Source: a virus (lineage: Duplodnaviria; Caudoviricetes). Taken from it: DNA of 25,418 nucleotides. The stretch's first letter is position 1, and each line of letters opens with the position of its first letter. Positions 8,955 to 17,424 of the stretch are shown here, one piece after another. The notes beneath the pieces were generated by a model. It was not told the DNA's origin, ran no database searches, and was given only the letters and a program-made list of their open reading frames with translations. Made by a program: the position numbers and the translations under genes. The DNA is taken from positions 1 through 25,418 of IMG/VR virus record IMGVR_UViG_3300044723_003755. One strand, 5' to 3'.

Positions 8955-10622
8955 TTATGCGTATGCTTGGGCTATGTTGCCTAGATAGTTTGTGCCGTCA
9001 TTGAATATGGTTATGACATCTATGGCAGAAGCCGCTGTTGACAGCGTTGGTGTGCCACCAGCGAACTTGACCGCTGTTGAGCCATCAGTGCCAAACGTGG
9101 CAGTCCTAGAACCCGTGCCGTCCTGGGTTATGATCAGTGTGGCAGTCTGTCCAGTGCCAAGATTGCTGACGTTGAATTCCGTGTTCGTGCCCAGCGTTAT
9201 AGTGTGGATCGGTGCCAGAGCACAATCAACCGTGATGGTTGAACTTGAAGTCAGTGCGTTGATCTCTTCCCTGTATCTCTCCAGTGATCCCACCCTTGAC
9301 TTGGCTGTGTCATTGGCTGAATAGAATGCGTATTGGTTGGTGGCCTGGGTGTCCGTGTCAAAGTAGAAACCGTAGTTGTTGGTCAGGGTCAGTGCTGTGC
9401 TGGCACCATCTGCGTGTGTCCCGGCATAGAATCCATAGTAGTCCGTTAGGGTCAGGGCACCCGTGGTGCCGTTGTTGTTGTAGTGATCAATGCCTATGCT
9501 CTTGAAGGCCACGTGGTCAGTGATCGTGATGGGATCTGAATTAATGCCCACGTCAAGGTATGAGCCCATACCCGTGGTGCCCGTGATGGTGATCTCCCCT
9601 GTGCTGGATGGGTAGATGCTGACACCGTAGTTTCCACCTGATGCGTTGCCCAGCGTGGCATCAGTGGCTGATGCGTTGTCAATGACTGCCAAGACCTCTA
9701 ACCCCATAGGACCCCTGCTACGATACATCGCGGATATGGCAGTTGAACTGGATCCGTTGAGATCCAATTTGTTTATGACCTGGTTCCTCCAACGGTCATT
9801 TTGGTTTGAACTGCTCTGTCCCGTGGTCAGTTTGTTGTTCTGGACCATGGCATTCGTGTAGTGCCTCTGATTATCCCCTACGGTGTCTGACAGGTTCTCG
9901 TAATACATCAAGTTCGCGTTGTCATACCTATTGTTAGTGCCGTAGTTCGCGAAGTCTCCACCGTTGGCCCTGATCTGTATCTGTCCCGTGCCATTGCCCT
10001 CGAGGTTCAGGTCGTCGTTGGACCTCGTGGTCTTGATCACGTTGTCGTCAATTGATATAGCATCGTTGGCTATTGAAGTCGTGGCGGTCATCGCTCCCGT
10101 TATGGCCAGTGTGCTGCCGTCAAATGTCAAGTTTGCTTCGCCGTCCAGTTCCGTAGTGGTTGAGCCTATGGTGGTCAATCTGTTTGCGGCTTGATTGTTC
10201 AATGCCGTGATCGTGCCTGATGCTGTGCTGGCTATTGTTATGGTGTCAGTGCCGGCGTTGGTTGTGATCGTGATGCCACTGCCTTCTGCCAGTGTCAAAG
10301 TGTCAGTGGTGCCGTCCGCTACCACATCACTCTGTCCTGCCACTGAAATCGTCTTGAATACTGGTTGTGATTCTGACGCGGTTATGGTCAGTGTATCACC
10401 TGATAGGGCAGTTGTTATGCCTGAACCACCCGCTATGGTGATGGTCTTGTCATCTGATACCTGTAATACCGTTGATGAATCGTCCGCTATGCCCCAACTT
10501 GAGTCTCGCAGATTGATTAAGTTTGAGTCTAGTTCAGCGTGTGTCAGCGCCGCACCCGCTACTGCGGTGTCTGAAACTGTGGACGTTGATGCTGTTCTGG
10601 TCTTAAGGTGTGCCCTTGTCAT
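8955..10622 (-). CDS. Tail fibre protein (LT.AE.DSN..NL anchor)
   Basis: N-terminal ALTHAELDSNLINLRD; DTLTL..GSGITITT and LDGEANLTFDGSTL repeats; C-terminal LIITQDGTGSRT..KF.GG.PTLST domain. Confidence 0.85.
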   Translation of the reverse strand: MTRAHLKTRTASTSTVSDTAVAGAALTHAELDSNLINLRDSSWGIADDSSTVLQVSDDKTITIAGGSGITTALSGDTLTITASESQPVFKTISVAGQSDVVADGTTDTLTLAEGSGITITTNAGTDTITIASTASGTITALNNQAANRLTTIGSTTTELDGEANLTFDGSTLAITGAMTATTSIANDAISIDDNVIKTTRSNDDLNLEGNGTGQIQIRANGGDFANYGTNNRYDNANLMYYENLSDTVGDNQRHYTNAMVQNNKLTTGQSSSNQNDRWRNQVINKLDLNGSSSTAISAMYRSRGPMGLEVLAVIDNASATDATLGNASGGNYGVSIYPSSTGEITITGTTGMGSYLDVGINSDPITITDHVAFKSIGIDHYNNNGTTGALTLTDYYGFYAGTHADGASTALTLTNNYGFYFDTDTQATNQYAFYSANDTAKSRVGSLERYREEINALTSSSTITVDCALAPIHTITLGTNTEFNVSNLGTGQTATLIITQDGTGSRTATFGTDGSTAVKFAGGTPTLSTAASAIDVITIFNDGTNYLGNIAQAYA

Positions 10623-10659
10623 TTTTTAGGATCTCCTTGTTTCTGTAAATTTACAATGA

Positions 10660-10667
10660 TATTTATA
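10660..10667 (-). promoter_or_regulatory. TATAAATA, exact T4 late-promoter consensus
   Basis: Lies in the 49-bp gap before the 10622 fibre gene. Confidence 0.65.
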
Positions 10668-10671
10668 TTCA

Positions 10672-12147
10672 TTACACGTTATAATAGGGAATCTGAAATT
10701 CTGTGCCAGCGATCTTGATCTTGAGATAGCCCACTGGGTTTGTAGTGGGTGCTGCCGCTGAACCGTTTGAACCTATGGTAGTAGATGTCGCTGTTGTGAT
10801 GTCAATCCTGCCATCGTTTGATGTGGTCAATTCAAGATCCGCATAATCTCCCGCTTCGAGGGCCAATACGCCTTCTGCCTTGGCCGCGGGCGTGGAGCCG
10901 GCACCTGGAGCATACAACACAATTCTTGGTTCCGTAGAATTGATATAGGAGTTGCTAGTCAATGTCAAATCACCACGTCCCGCTGAAGTGATCTGTGAAT
11001 CTGCGTTATAGTTCGGTGCTGTGGTCTTTCCCAGTATGAGACTATCGCAATTGCCATAGATGTAATCATCTCCCGCGGTTCGCATCACGATGTTGCCATT
11101 TGTTAAAAATCTTAAGTGGGCCTCTGTTGCGGCCTCGGGTGCTGAAACGTCAGCCTGTGTTTGATTGACGCCTATGTGTAGCACGTTGTCTGTGTTCGTG
11201 GTCAAAAGGCAGTTGCCTGATCCATCTCCCATAGTGATGGTGTCATTTACCACCCTTATGGTTCCCGTGCCGCTGGCTGTCAGTTCAAGATCAGCGTTTG
11301 AACTTGAAGTGCCCAATTGATTGCCGTCAAAGGTGATGTCTCCCAAGGTGGTAGATCCTGTGAAAGTGGTGCCTGAAAGCGTCTTGTTTGTCAAGGTCTG
11401 CGTGGCAGTTGTGCTGACAAGATCCTGTGTGCTTCCCCCTGGCCCTGGGTCTCCTGGCAGTCTTATCTGCCTGTCAGCAGTGATGTCGCCTGATTCCGGT
11501 CCAAGTATGGTCTGTGAGAATGATGAACCATTGACTGCGAACTTGATCTTGTTGTCTTTACCTGTGTGATTCAATTCAATCTCGCCACCCCTTATCGTAG
11601 TTTGGGTGTTGGCGTTGCCACTGCCCTCGTGTATCTTGACATAACCACCACTGGTGGGGTTAAGCAAAAGACTGGAGTTGCCCACGCTGGGTTGTTCACA
11701 TTTGATTATCTTGTCGCCTGTAGCAGAGCCGCCTTTGAATAGAATAGTGTCTGTGCCTGTGAGTATTCCGCTATCATCGTTGAATATTTCTAGCGTGTCC
11801 TTGACCACTATGGCGCCAGTTCCTGATGTGGTCAGTGTGAGATCAGCGTTTGATGGTGAACTTATGGTGCTACCCGTGATTGCTAGATCACCTACACTGC
11901 CTCCGCCTCCACCTCCCGTGATTGAAACGGTGTTGCCTGAAACTGATGCTCCCGAGAATGTTATGGTCTCGCCCGCTTGTATGTCCGTTGTGGTTGCGCC
12001 ATCTGATATGGCTATTGTTTGGTCCCTTAAATTGATGAAGTTTGAATCAGCCTCCGCGTATGTGAGTTCTGATCCCTTCGCGAAGTTGTCTGAACTGACC
12101 TGTGATGTTGATTCTTGTCTTGTCGTGAGTTTTGCTTTGGCTGGCAT
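10672..12147 (-). CDS. Tail fibre protein (KGSELT.AE.DSNF.NL anchor)
   Basis: N-terminal paralog of 8955..10622; SNADL.LT.SGTG repeats; C-terminal PVGYLKIKIAG...IPYY. Confidence 0.85.
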   Translation of the reverse strand: MPAKAKLTTRQESTSQVSSDNFAKGSELTYAEADSNFINLRDQTIAISDGATTTDIQAGETITFSGASVSGNTVSITGGGGGGSVGDLAITGSTISSPSNADLTLTTSGTGAIVVKDTLEIFNDDSGILTGTDTILFKGGSATGDKIIKCEQPSVGNSSLLLNPTSGGYVKIHEGSGNANTQTTIRGGEIELNHTGKDNKIKFAVNGSSFSQTILGPESGDITADRQIRLPGDPGPGGSTQDLVSTTATQTLTNKTLSGTTFTGSTTLGDITFDGNQLGTSSSNADLELTASGTGTIRVVNDTITMGDGSGNCLLTTNTDNVLHIGVNQTQADVSAPEAATEAHLRFLTNGNIVMRTAGDDYIYGNCDSLILGKTTAPNYNADSQITSAGRGDLTLTSNSYINSTEPRIVLYAPGAGSTPAAKAEGVLALEAGDYADLELTTSNDGRIDITTATSTTIGSNGSAAAPTTNPVGYLKIKIAGTEFQIPYYNV

Positions 12148-12164
12148 AGTTCTCCTAAAGCAAA

Positions 12165-12170
12165 TATTTA
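12165..12170 (-). promoter_or_regulatory. TAAATA late-promoter-like word
   Basis: At the boundary between the early block and the fibre module, 17 nt before the ATG at 12147. Confidence 0.6.
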
Positions 12171-12377
12171 TTTGTATGCCTTGACCTTGTGTGTTATTTC
12201 ACAGCAGATCAGTATTATGGTGTGTTGTTGCTCTTCCACCGCTATCTCCCAACCCAACTCCGGGTTGTAGTAAGTGTGGACGATGCTTGAACTTTCAAAG
12301 CCCAGTTGTTGGACTATGAAACAGGGATCAGTGTCTATGCTGGTCGCTAGATCGTATTCAATCAGTTCTATGGCCAT
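12168..12377 (-). CDS. Hypothetical protein (69 aa; probable start at 12377, MAIELIEYD)
   Basis: In the ORF track. Start shortened because the longer version overlaps the lipoprotein ORF 12358..12528 extensively. Confidence 0.5.
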   Translation of the reverse strand: MAIELIEYDLATSIDTDPCFIVQQLGFESSSIVHTYYNPELGWEIAVEEQQHTIILICCEITHKVKAYK

Positions 12378-12528
12378 AGGTCCTGACGTGCTGTGTCTGA
12401 CAGGTCTGCTCGGGTGTGTTGAATCCCGTGTAGTTCTTACAGGGCCAACCGTTGACCATATCAATCCGTGTCTTGTATAGACTACAACCTGTGAGTGAGA
12501 TCAACCCTATGATCAATAACACACGCAT
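12358..12528 (-). CDS. Small lipoprotein (56 aa)
   Basis: Hand translation MRVLLIIGLISLTGCSLYKTRIDMVNGWPCKNYTGFNTPEQTCQTQHVRTYGHRTD*; signal peptide with LTG-C lipobox; TGATG coupling to the upstream gene. Confidence 0.75.
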   Translation of the reverse strand: MRVLLIIGLISLTGCSLYKTRIDMVNGWPCKNYTGFNTPEQTCQTQHVRTYGHRTD

Positions 12529-12770
12529 CAGTTGAGTTTGTCCTTGTTTCTACGCCAGTCAGTGTCCATAAGTCCCTCAAACACGTTCCTTATTTCCTGG
12601 TCAGGTGCCCTGTGAAACTTGAAACACATCACCGCGTATCGCATCAACGCACCTCCTATCAAGATCCTGTCCTTGATGTTGTTGTCCTCAAGTGCCTTGT
12701 CAACTATGTCATCTATCTCCAGCATCTTCTGGATCTGTTGATCTATCTGGTCGGGTTTGGGGTCTTTCAT
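12528..12770 (-). CDS. Hypothetical protein
   Basis: In the ORF track; probable start MKDPKPDQ at 12770 (ATGA overlap with the upstream stop, AAAGGA RBS). Confidence 0.65.
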   Translation of the reverse strand: MKDPKPDQIDQQIQKMLEIDDIVDKALEDNNIKDRILIGGALMRYAVMCFKFHRAPDQEIRNVFEGLMDTDWRRNKDKLN

Positions 12771-13171
12771 TCTTGTCCTTTCCACACGAACAGATCGTTG
12801 AATTGCGACTGCTTGTGATTTGGTTGTTTTGGTTGTTTTGGTTGTTTTGGGGTTTGTGTCGTGTCATCAACTAGACCAAGTATCTCGGGCTTGTCCTCGT
12901 TGGGTGCGTAATCACCGTCAAGTGTCCTCGGTCTTGAGCCCAGTTGCTTCAAGTTGCTGACGATTACGACCTTGTGCGGGTTCTTGATCTTGGCGTTGAT
13001 GATGTCTGACCAGAACCTGAAGTTCCTCATCAACGGGAACGCCTGTAGGCTCCAGTTGTCTTCAATCACGCCATCTTTCTCCACTTGCCACACACACTTG
13101 TAGACCGTGCCCTTGTATTTGGTCTGTGTCTTGCTCTCGTAGGGCTTTACCTGTTTCAGTAGTCCGTCCAT
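12767..13171 (-). CDS. Hypothetical protein with a (PKQ)3 linker and a QFNDLF C-terminal peptide
   Basis: In the ORF track; AGGAG RBS; TAATG coupling; 9-bp tandem repeat ggttgtttt x3 at about 12821-12848. Confidence 0.7.
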   Translation of the reverse strand: MDGLLKQVKPYESKTQTKYKGTVYKCVWQVEKDGVIEDNWSLQAFPLMRNFRFWSDIINAKIKNPHKVVIVSNLKQLGSRPRTLDGDYAPNEDKPEILGLVDDTTQTPKQPKQPKQPNHKQSQFNDLFVWKGQE

Positions 13172-13503
13172 TATACTCTCCTTGTTATTGCGTCTCTTCT
13201 CCTAGCCATCACGCAGTTGTGTTTGGTCCACCCCTGTGTGTCATCAATCCTAGTAAGGCTCATTGATGTCTCCTTACGTCCTCGCAGGTGTATCTTGCCC
13301 CTCCAGAAGTCGTAGTATTGATCAAACGTCAAGTCCCAGGGCTCATCTCTGAATCTAGCCTGTGCCTTGGCCATAAGATACCATCTGTTGACCTGTTGTT
13401 TGTCCTTGTTGGGACCGTGTTTCCATCTCTCGGGCAGTTGTTTGCCCTTGAATTTGCTGGTCTTGCCTGTGAAACCACTCTTGTGTCCTTTTGTAAACGG
13501 CAT
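13171..13503 (-). CDS. HNH-endonuclease-derived basic protein, paralog A
   Basis: KAQARFR.EPWDLTF.QY..FW......RGR....SLTRID...GW...N pattern of phage HNH-like proteins; GGAGG RBS. Confidence 0.65.
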   Translation of the reverse strand: MPFTKGHKSGFTGKTSKFKGKQLPERWKHGPNKDKQQVNRWYLMAKAQARFRDEPWDLTFDQYYDFWRGKIHLRGRKETSMSLTRIDDTQGWTKHNCVMARRRDAITRRV

Positions 13504-13516
13504 TATAGTTCCTCCT

Positions 13517-13822
13517 TCATTTTATTACGCTGTGTCCCCTGTTGGTCAAACATCTACGCACCGCTGACCTGTAGGCGCTCTCCTTACGTGGGATGATGCC
13601 CAGTGATGCTGTGCTGAAATACCAGTTCACCGCCTGCTGTGTGGTGTCCAAGGTCTTGTTGATGTGTTGATCAACCAACTGCTCACAGTGTTGTATGTCG
13701 TTGGTTATCTCACGTGCCTTGTCGTCAGTAAACGTGCCTGATCTACCAGCCGTGTCTATCACGGGCTTGTATGAACACGCGGTCATCAACAGGGCAGTGC
13801 TTATTGTGATTAGTTTATTCAT
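13517..13822 (-). CDS. Lipoprotein
   Basis: Signal peptide with MTA-C lipobox. The YKPVIDTAGRSGTF...EITND.QHC and RCL.NRGHSV motifs are ones I associate with marine alphaproteobacterial (pelagiphage-like) phages. Confidence 0.8.
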   Translation of the reverse strand: MNKLITISTALLMTACSYKPVIDTAGRSGTFTDDKAREITNDIQHCEQLVDQHINKTLDTTQQAVNWYFSTASLGIIPRKESAYRSAVRRCLTNRGHSVIK

Positions 13823-14261
13823 CTCTCTTCCTCTTTCTCTTTATTACGTTGCCTTCGTCGTCTTTGGGTCTCTTTCTACGCATAGCCTCACGCCTAGTCA
13901 TCAGCATCACGTTCGCCAAGTGCCAACCCTTGGTGGTGTCTATGCGACACAAGTTCTTGTTCCGCTTGTTGCGACCCCATTTGCCCTCCATAGTCTTGTA
14001 GATGTCCAAGTAGTCCTCCCATAGTATGGTCCACGGCTGACACCAGTATCGTGCCTGACATCGCATACGCAAGAACCTGTAGTAGAGCGCCTTGATCTTC
14101 TTGTCAGGTCCGACCACGCTGGAGTAGATCCTGGTTGTGTTGTTCTCACGCCACCACTTCTTGACCCTCTTGCTCATCTCTCGCTTACGCTTGTCAGTCC
14201 ATCCCGCTGACTCGCCCTCTTGTCCCTTGTTCCAGGGTGTGTCTTTCTTCTTGAATGTCAT
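13815..14261 (-). CDS. HNH-endonuclease-derived basic protein, paralog B (N-terminal PWNKG/NUMOD-like motif)
   Basis: RCQARYW.QPW.I.WEDY..IY.....WGR....NLCRIDT.KGW...NV aligns by eye with 13171..13503; ATGA coupling at 14258-14261. Confidence 0.65.
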   Translation of the reverse strand: MTFKKKDTPWNKGQEGESAGWTDKRKREMSKRVKKWWRENNTTRIYSSVVGPDKKIKALYYRFLRMRCQARYWCQPWTILWEDYLDIYKTMEGKWGRNKRNKNLCRIDTTKGWHLANVMLMTRREAMRRKRPKDDEGNVIKRKRKRDE

Positions 14262-14821
14262 TGTTTGTCCTTCCATTTGTCTAGCAATCTCTCTATGACC
14301 TTGCTCCTCCTAGCGATGCTGTGATTGGCTTGCCAAGTCTCTCTAGGTTCAAAGTCTTCAATCAGTTTGTTGAGTGCTTTTACAAACCTCTGTTTGTCTC
14401 TCCATTTAAGATCTTGTATCTTTTCGTTGAAGTAGATGTAATGCTTATCAAGTCTCACGTGCTCTAACTGTAGATTCTCTATAAGTCTTGAATCACTCAT
14501 ACGTGCTGTTTGCTGATTGCCTATGTCTCTCACTATGCTTTGTCGTAGTGCGTCTCTGACGTCATCCCACGAATGAATGTAATCGTCTAGATAGACACTC
14601 ACATAGACCAAATCTTTAGGTTCAGTGATTGTGTTCTTCTTACACCACTTACGTAGAGCCCTACGTGTGAATGGTTGTCCCAAGTGTTGTAGTGTCATCA
14701 TCTCTGCTAGATACTTGGTCAATGCTTTGTATCTCACCAAGTATTGACGATCAGTTTTGTTGCTGGCGACTAGCACTATCTCGGGTCTCTGTATTTTTGT
14801 CCGGTTCATACTTTTTTTCAT
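14258..14821 (-). CDS. Hypothetical basic helical protein (probably leaderless)
   Basis: 187-aa ORF; the ATG lies 6 nt after TATAAT. Confidence 0.7.
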   Translation of the reverse strand: MKKSMNRTKIQRPEIVLVASNKTDRQYLVRYKALTKYLAEMMTLQHLGQPFTRRALRKWCKKNTITEPKDLVYVSVYLDDYIHSWDDVRDALRQSIVRDIGNQQTARMSDSRLIENLQLEHVRLDKHYIYFNEKIQDLKWRDKQRFVKALNKLIEDFEPRETWQANHSIARRSKVIERLLDKWKDKQ

Positions 14822-14827
14822 ATCGTT

Positions 14828-14856
14828 ATTATAACACAGTGTATTGATTGTGTCAA
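14828..14856 (-). promoter_or_regulatory. Sigma70-type promoter
   Basis: TTGACA-17 nt-TATAAT with TGn extension. Confidence 0.88.
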
Positions 14857-14858
14857 CC

Positions 14859-15428
14859 TCAACACGCCTTGACTATGTCCAACAAATACTCACGTTGATG
14901 CTTCTCGGGTTCAGACGTGTGTGCTATGTGATCGCTCAACTCATCACCGCTGGCGTCTTGTATCTTGACGCAGTTGTAGTCGTCAGTGAGCACGTAGCCC
15001 GCCTCCAATATGTGATCGTAGTCCTCTTTCTCACCGTGAAAGAAGAAACCCTGCTCACATAATTCTTCAGTGTAGGCCTCACTGAATACGTCCTGTGTGT
15101 CGCACCTGCCTTCGTCGCTTCTCAAGTATTGTTCTACCTTGCTCATAACATCGTAGTTGCCATCTAGATCGTTCTCTATGTCCATCACGTGTCCGTAGGC
15201 ACCGTTGTCTATGATGCTTACCTCAACCTTTTTATGGCCCTTCAACTTGAGTGCTTTGTTGATGTGCGATTCAACCGCCTCCGCGGCCGCATCAGCCAAA
15301 AGTTCCTGATCAGCATCAGGTTTCCAACAGAACTCATCAGGGTAGAGTTGGTGTCCAAGGCCTGTTATCTTCCAACAGTCGTCGGAGTATTCCCTCTGTT
15401 GTAATCTTAAATCTTTACCTTGATACAC
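14859..15428 (-). CDS. Acidic hypothetical protein (GTG start at 15428)
   Basis: AGGAGG RBS before the GTG; about 43 D/E versus about 18 K/R in 189 aa by hand count. Confidence 0.7.
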   Translation of the reverse strand: MYQGKDLRLQQREYSDDCWKITGLGHQLYPDEFCWKPDADQELLADAAAEAVESHINKALKLKGHKKVEVSIIDNGAYGHVMDIENDLDGNYDVMSKVEQYLRSDEGRCDTQDVFSEAYTEELCEQGFFFHGEKEDYDHILEAGYVLTDDYNCVKIQDASGDELSDHIAHTSEPEKHQREYLLDIVKAC

Positions 15429-15744
15429 GTGCCGCCTCCTTGCTCTCACACTTGTTGAAGAAAGCCTGTGTCTTGGTGCTGTTGATGAACGCCACCGTCT
15501 TGGGTATGATCGTGTTGATGTCAGTGTGTTCAAGATGTTGAAACTTGGCTAGATTGATGTATAGCACCTTCCCGCCCCGTTTAGGTTGATATCTGGCCTT
15601 GACTGGGCTAGTGCCGCCACTGCCAAAAGCCTTGGGCTTTCTGTTGACGTATAGTGTGTCTACCTGTGCGTCGCTGGCCATCAATTGATCAATCAACTGC
15701 TTCTCTAGTTGAGTCTTGATCTTGGCCTTTAGTATGATGTTCAT
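15415..15744 (-). CDS. Hypothetical basic protein (start MNIILK)
   Basis: AAAAGGAG RBS before the ATG at 15744; downstream of the promoter at 15784-15811. Confidence 0.7.
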   Translation of the reverse strand: MNIILKAKIKTQLEKQLIDQLMASDAQVDTLYVNRKPKAFGSGGTSPVKARYQPKRGGKVLYINLAKFQHLEHTDINTIIPKTVAFINSTKTQAFFNKCESKEAARVSR

Positions 15745-15778
15745 TTGTCTCCTTTTGTTAGCATTAATATATACATAG

Positions 15779-15811
15779 TATTTATTATAGCACATTCTAC
15801 GAGTGCGTCAA
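15779..15811 (-). promoter_or_regulatory. Sigma70-type promoter fused to a TAAATA word
   Basis: TTGACG-16 nt-TATAAT with TGn extension, continuing as TATAATAAATA. Confidence 0.8.
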
Positions 15812-15830
15812 CCTGACTTTTCGTCAATGA

Positions 15831-16049
15831 TTATGCGACTTCTTGCTGGGGTATGAGTGCTGATATGATGTCAGCCAACTCTCTGGTGTGTTCGCCAACC
15901 CTGATGTTGACGCCCGCTATTGATGAGCCAAACACTATGACACAGGGCGCGGTCTCTACACCCTCCAGTTGTTGACGGGCCTGCCTCAAGGTCGTGCCCC
16001 TGCTGAAGTCCTCGTGTGTGTAGATCTTGATATGCTTGTATGTGTCCAT
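15831..16049 (-). CDS. Hypothetical protein
   Basis: AAAAGGAG RBS; has its own promoter. Confidence 0.7.
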   Translation of the reverse strand: MDTYKHIKIYTHEDFSRGTTLRQARQQLEGVETAPCVIVFGSSIAGVNIRVGEHTRELADIISALIPQQEVA

Positions 16050-16091
16050 AGTGTTTGCTCCTTTTGTGCCTATGTGTGTGCCTATGCGTTG

Positions 16092-16120
16092 ATTATAGCA
16101 GATCGTTCACTCTGTGTCAA
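16092..16120 (-). promoter_or_regulatory. Sigma70-type promoter with upstream A-tracts
   Basis: TTGACA-17 nt-TATAAT with TGn extension. Confidence 0.88.
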
Positions 16121-16163
16121 CCCCGCGTTTAAAAGTTTTTTTTGCGTGAGCAAAAAATCAGCG

Positions 16164-16559
16164 TCATTCTGGTCGCTCATCGTCCCGTGTCCAATAAGTC
16201 AGCATAGTCTCCATCCTACAATCCCAACTGTCGCAGATGTCGCCGTGCTTGTTGATGTATGTGAGGTGTCCGCGTGTCCTCATAAGACAAGCACCGCCAC
16301 GATAGCGTATGATCTGTTGTAGATGACCGTTGGCACAACGCTGTGCCTTGTTCTTCTTGAACCCACGGTCCTCTAGGTAGCGTCGGTATGTTTTGACCGC
16401 GTTGGGCATCTCGCCCAACTTTATGCCCAACTCACAAAGTTCTAGAAATGTCTTCTTGTAGTCCTGATCTAGAGCGATCGCGATGCTCCTGATCACACAA
16501 TCACCGGTCCTCGTGGCGTAGTATTTGCTTCTGCCACCGTCTCGTTTGATGTAATCCAT
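16164..16559 (-). CDS. Conserved phage protein with a GDCVIR motif (putative papain-like Cys-His-Asp fold)
   Basis: DGGRS.Y...GDCVIRSIAIA...GHLT...I.DSWD; AAAGGAG RBS before the ATG at 16559. Confidence 0.7.
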   Translation of the reverse strand: MDYIKRDGGRSKYYATRTGDCVIRSIAIALDQDYKKTFLELCELGIKLGEMPNAVKTYRRYLEDRGFKKNKAQRCANGHLQQIIRYRGGACLMRTRGHLTYINKHGDICDSWDCRMETMLTYWTRDDERPE

Positions 16560-16580
16560 TGTTTCTCCTTTGTAGTGTTG

Positions 16581-16609
16581 ATTATAGCACACAGTATTGA
16601 TTGTGTCAA
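16581..16609 (-). promoter_or_regulatory. Sigma70-type promoter
   Basis: TTGACA-17 nt-TATAAT with TGn extension; shares the 17 bp gtattgattgtgtcaac with the promoter at 14828. Confidence 0.88.
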
Positions 16610-16667
16610 CTGGGCTGAATTTGGCGGTATTATTTTAACGCATAAGGCCCTACTGTGTATCACCATT

Positions 16668-17027
16668 TCAAGCGACGCCCACTGCCTCTCGCATACGTTT
16701 ACCATTCTGGCTCTCAAATTTGAGTTGTTCATCAGTCTTGCCCGCCTTCACTTCAACTCTCGTATTGATCTCTAGGTTCGCACTGGGTTCAAACTTCTTG
16801 GCTGTAGCAATGAAGTGATTGTATGCTTTGCTCACATAACGCCTATAGGTCTTTAATGGTGTGTCGCTACTGGGCGTGCCCCCCGTCATCACTATGAACT
16901 CACGCCCCTCACTATCTTCACACACCGCCTTCTGGTGGCCCTTATTGTTCTGCTCTATGCTCTTGAGGGTGTGTCCCTCTTCTAGCACCGCCTGGGCCAA
17001 CAGCCTCCTTACGCTATTGGTTCCCAT
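16668..17027 (-). CDS. HicA-like (dsRBD-fold) protein
   Basis: NKGHQK......G......GGTPSSD....YRR pattern of HicA-like phage proteins. Confidence 0.5.
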   Translation of the reverse strand: MGTNSVRRLLAQAVLEEGHTLKSIEQNNKGHQKAVCEDSEGREFIVMTGGTPSSDTPLKTYRRYVSKAYNHFIATAKKFEPSANLEINTRVEVKAGKTDEQLKFESQNGKRMREAVGVA

Positions 17028-17310
17028 TGATCTCGTGTTGCTCTACACTGGCCACGCCCTCACGTGCTAGTATGTGTCGTTGCTGTGCTCTGGTCTCGCA
17101 GGGGTTGATCTCTATGCCCCCACCAGTGTCGTATTTGTTTCGCAAGTATTGGATCACTGCTGTGTATTCAAACTGACCTTTGTCTAGGGCCTTGTTGAAC
17201 ATAGCGTTGTCTCTGCTGTTGAGTTTATGTGTTGAGTCAGCGTCTCTGAACTCATCACTGTCTGACTGTATTGGTGTGTCAAAGCACCAAACGTAGTATT
17301 GTGTCTTCAT
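17014..17310 (-). CDS. Hypothetical protein (start MKTQYY)
   Basis: AAAAGGAG RBS before the ATG at 17310. Confidence 0.7.
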   Translation of the reverse strand: MKTQYYVWCFDTPIQSDSDEFRDADSTHKLNSRDNAMFNKALDKGQFEYTAVIQYLRNKYDTGGGIEINPCETRAQQRHILAREGVASVEQHEINGNQ

Positions 17311-17341
17311 CTCGTCTCCTTTTGTGTTGTTTAACATTATA

Positions 17342-17375
17342 TATTTATTATAGCACATCACACTGATTGAGTCAA
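17342..17375 (-). promoter_or_regulatory. Sigma70-type promoter fused to a TAAATA word
   Basis: TTGACT-17 nt-TATAAT with TGn extension, continuing as TATAATAAATA. Confidence 0.82.
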
Positions 17376-17386
17376 CTGATCAACCC

Positions 17387-17424
17387 AAAAAAAAACCCCA
17401 CCTAATACTGCTACTAGATGGGGC
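17387..17424 (-). terminator. Rho-independent terminator
   Basis: CCCCATCTAGTA-GCAG-TATTAGGTGGGG followed by T9; the G.U pairs work only on the minus strand. Confidence 0.88.

Noticed and set aside
313-13822. Firm host assignment to SAR11
   Set aside because: Some small genes and the lipoprotein look pelagiphage-like from memory, but the sequence appears much more GC-rich than SAR11 genomes. The host cannot be fixed from this window.
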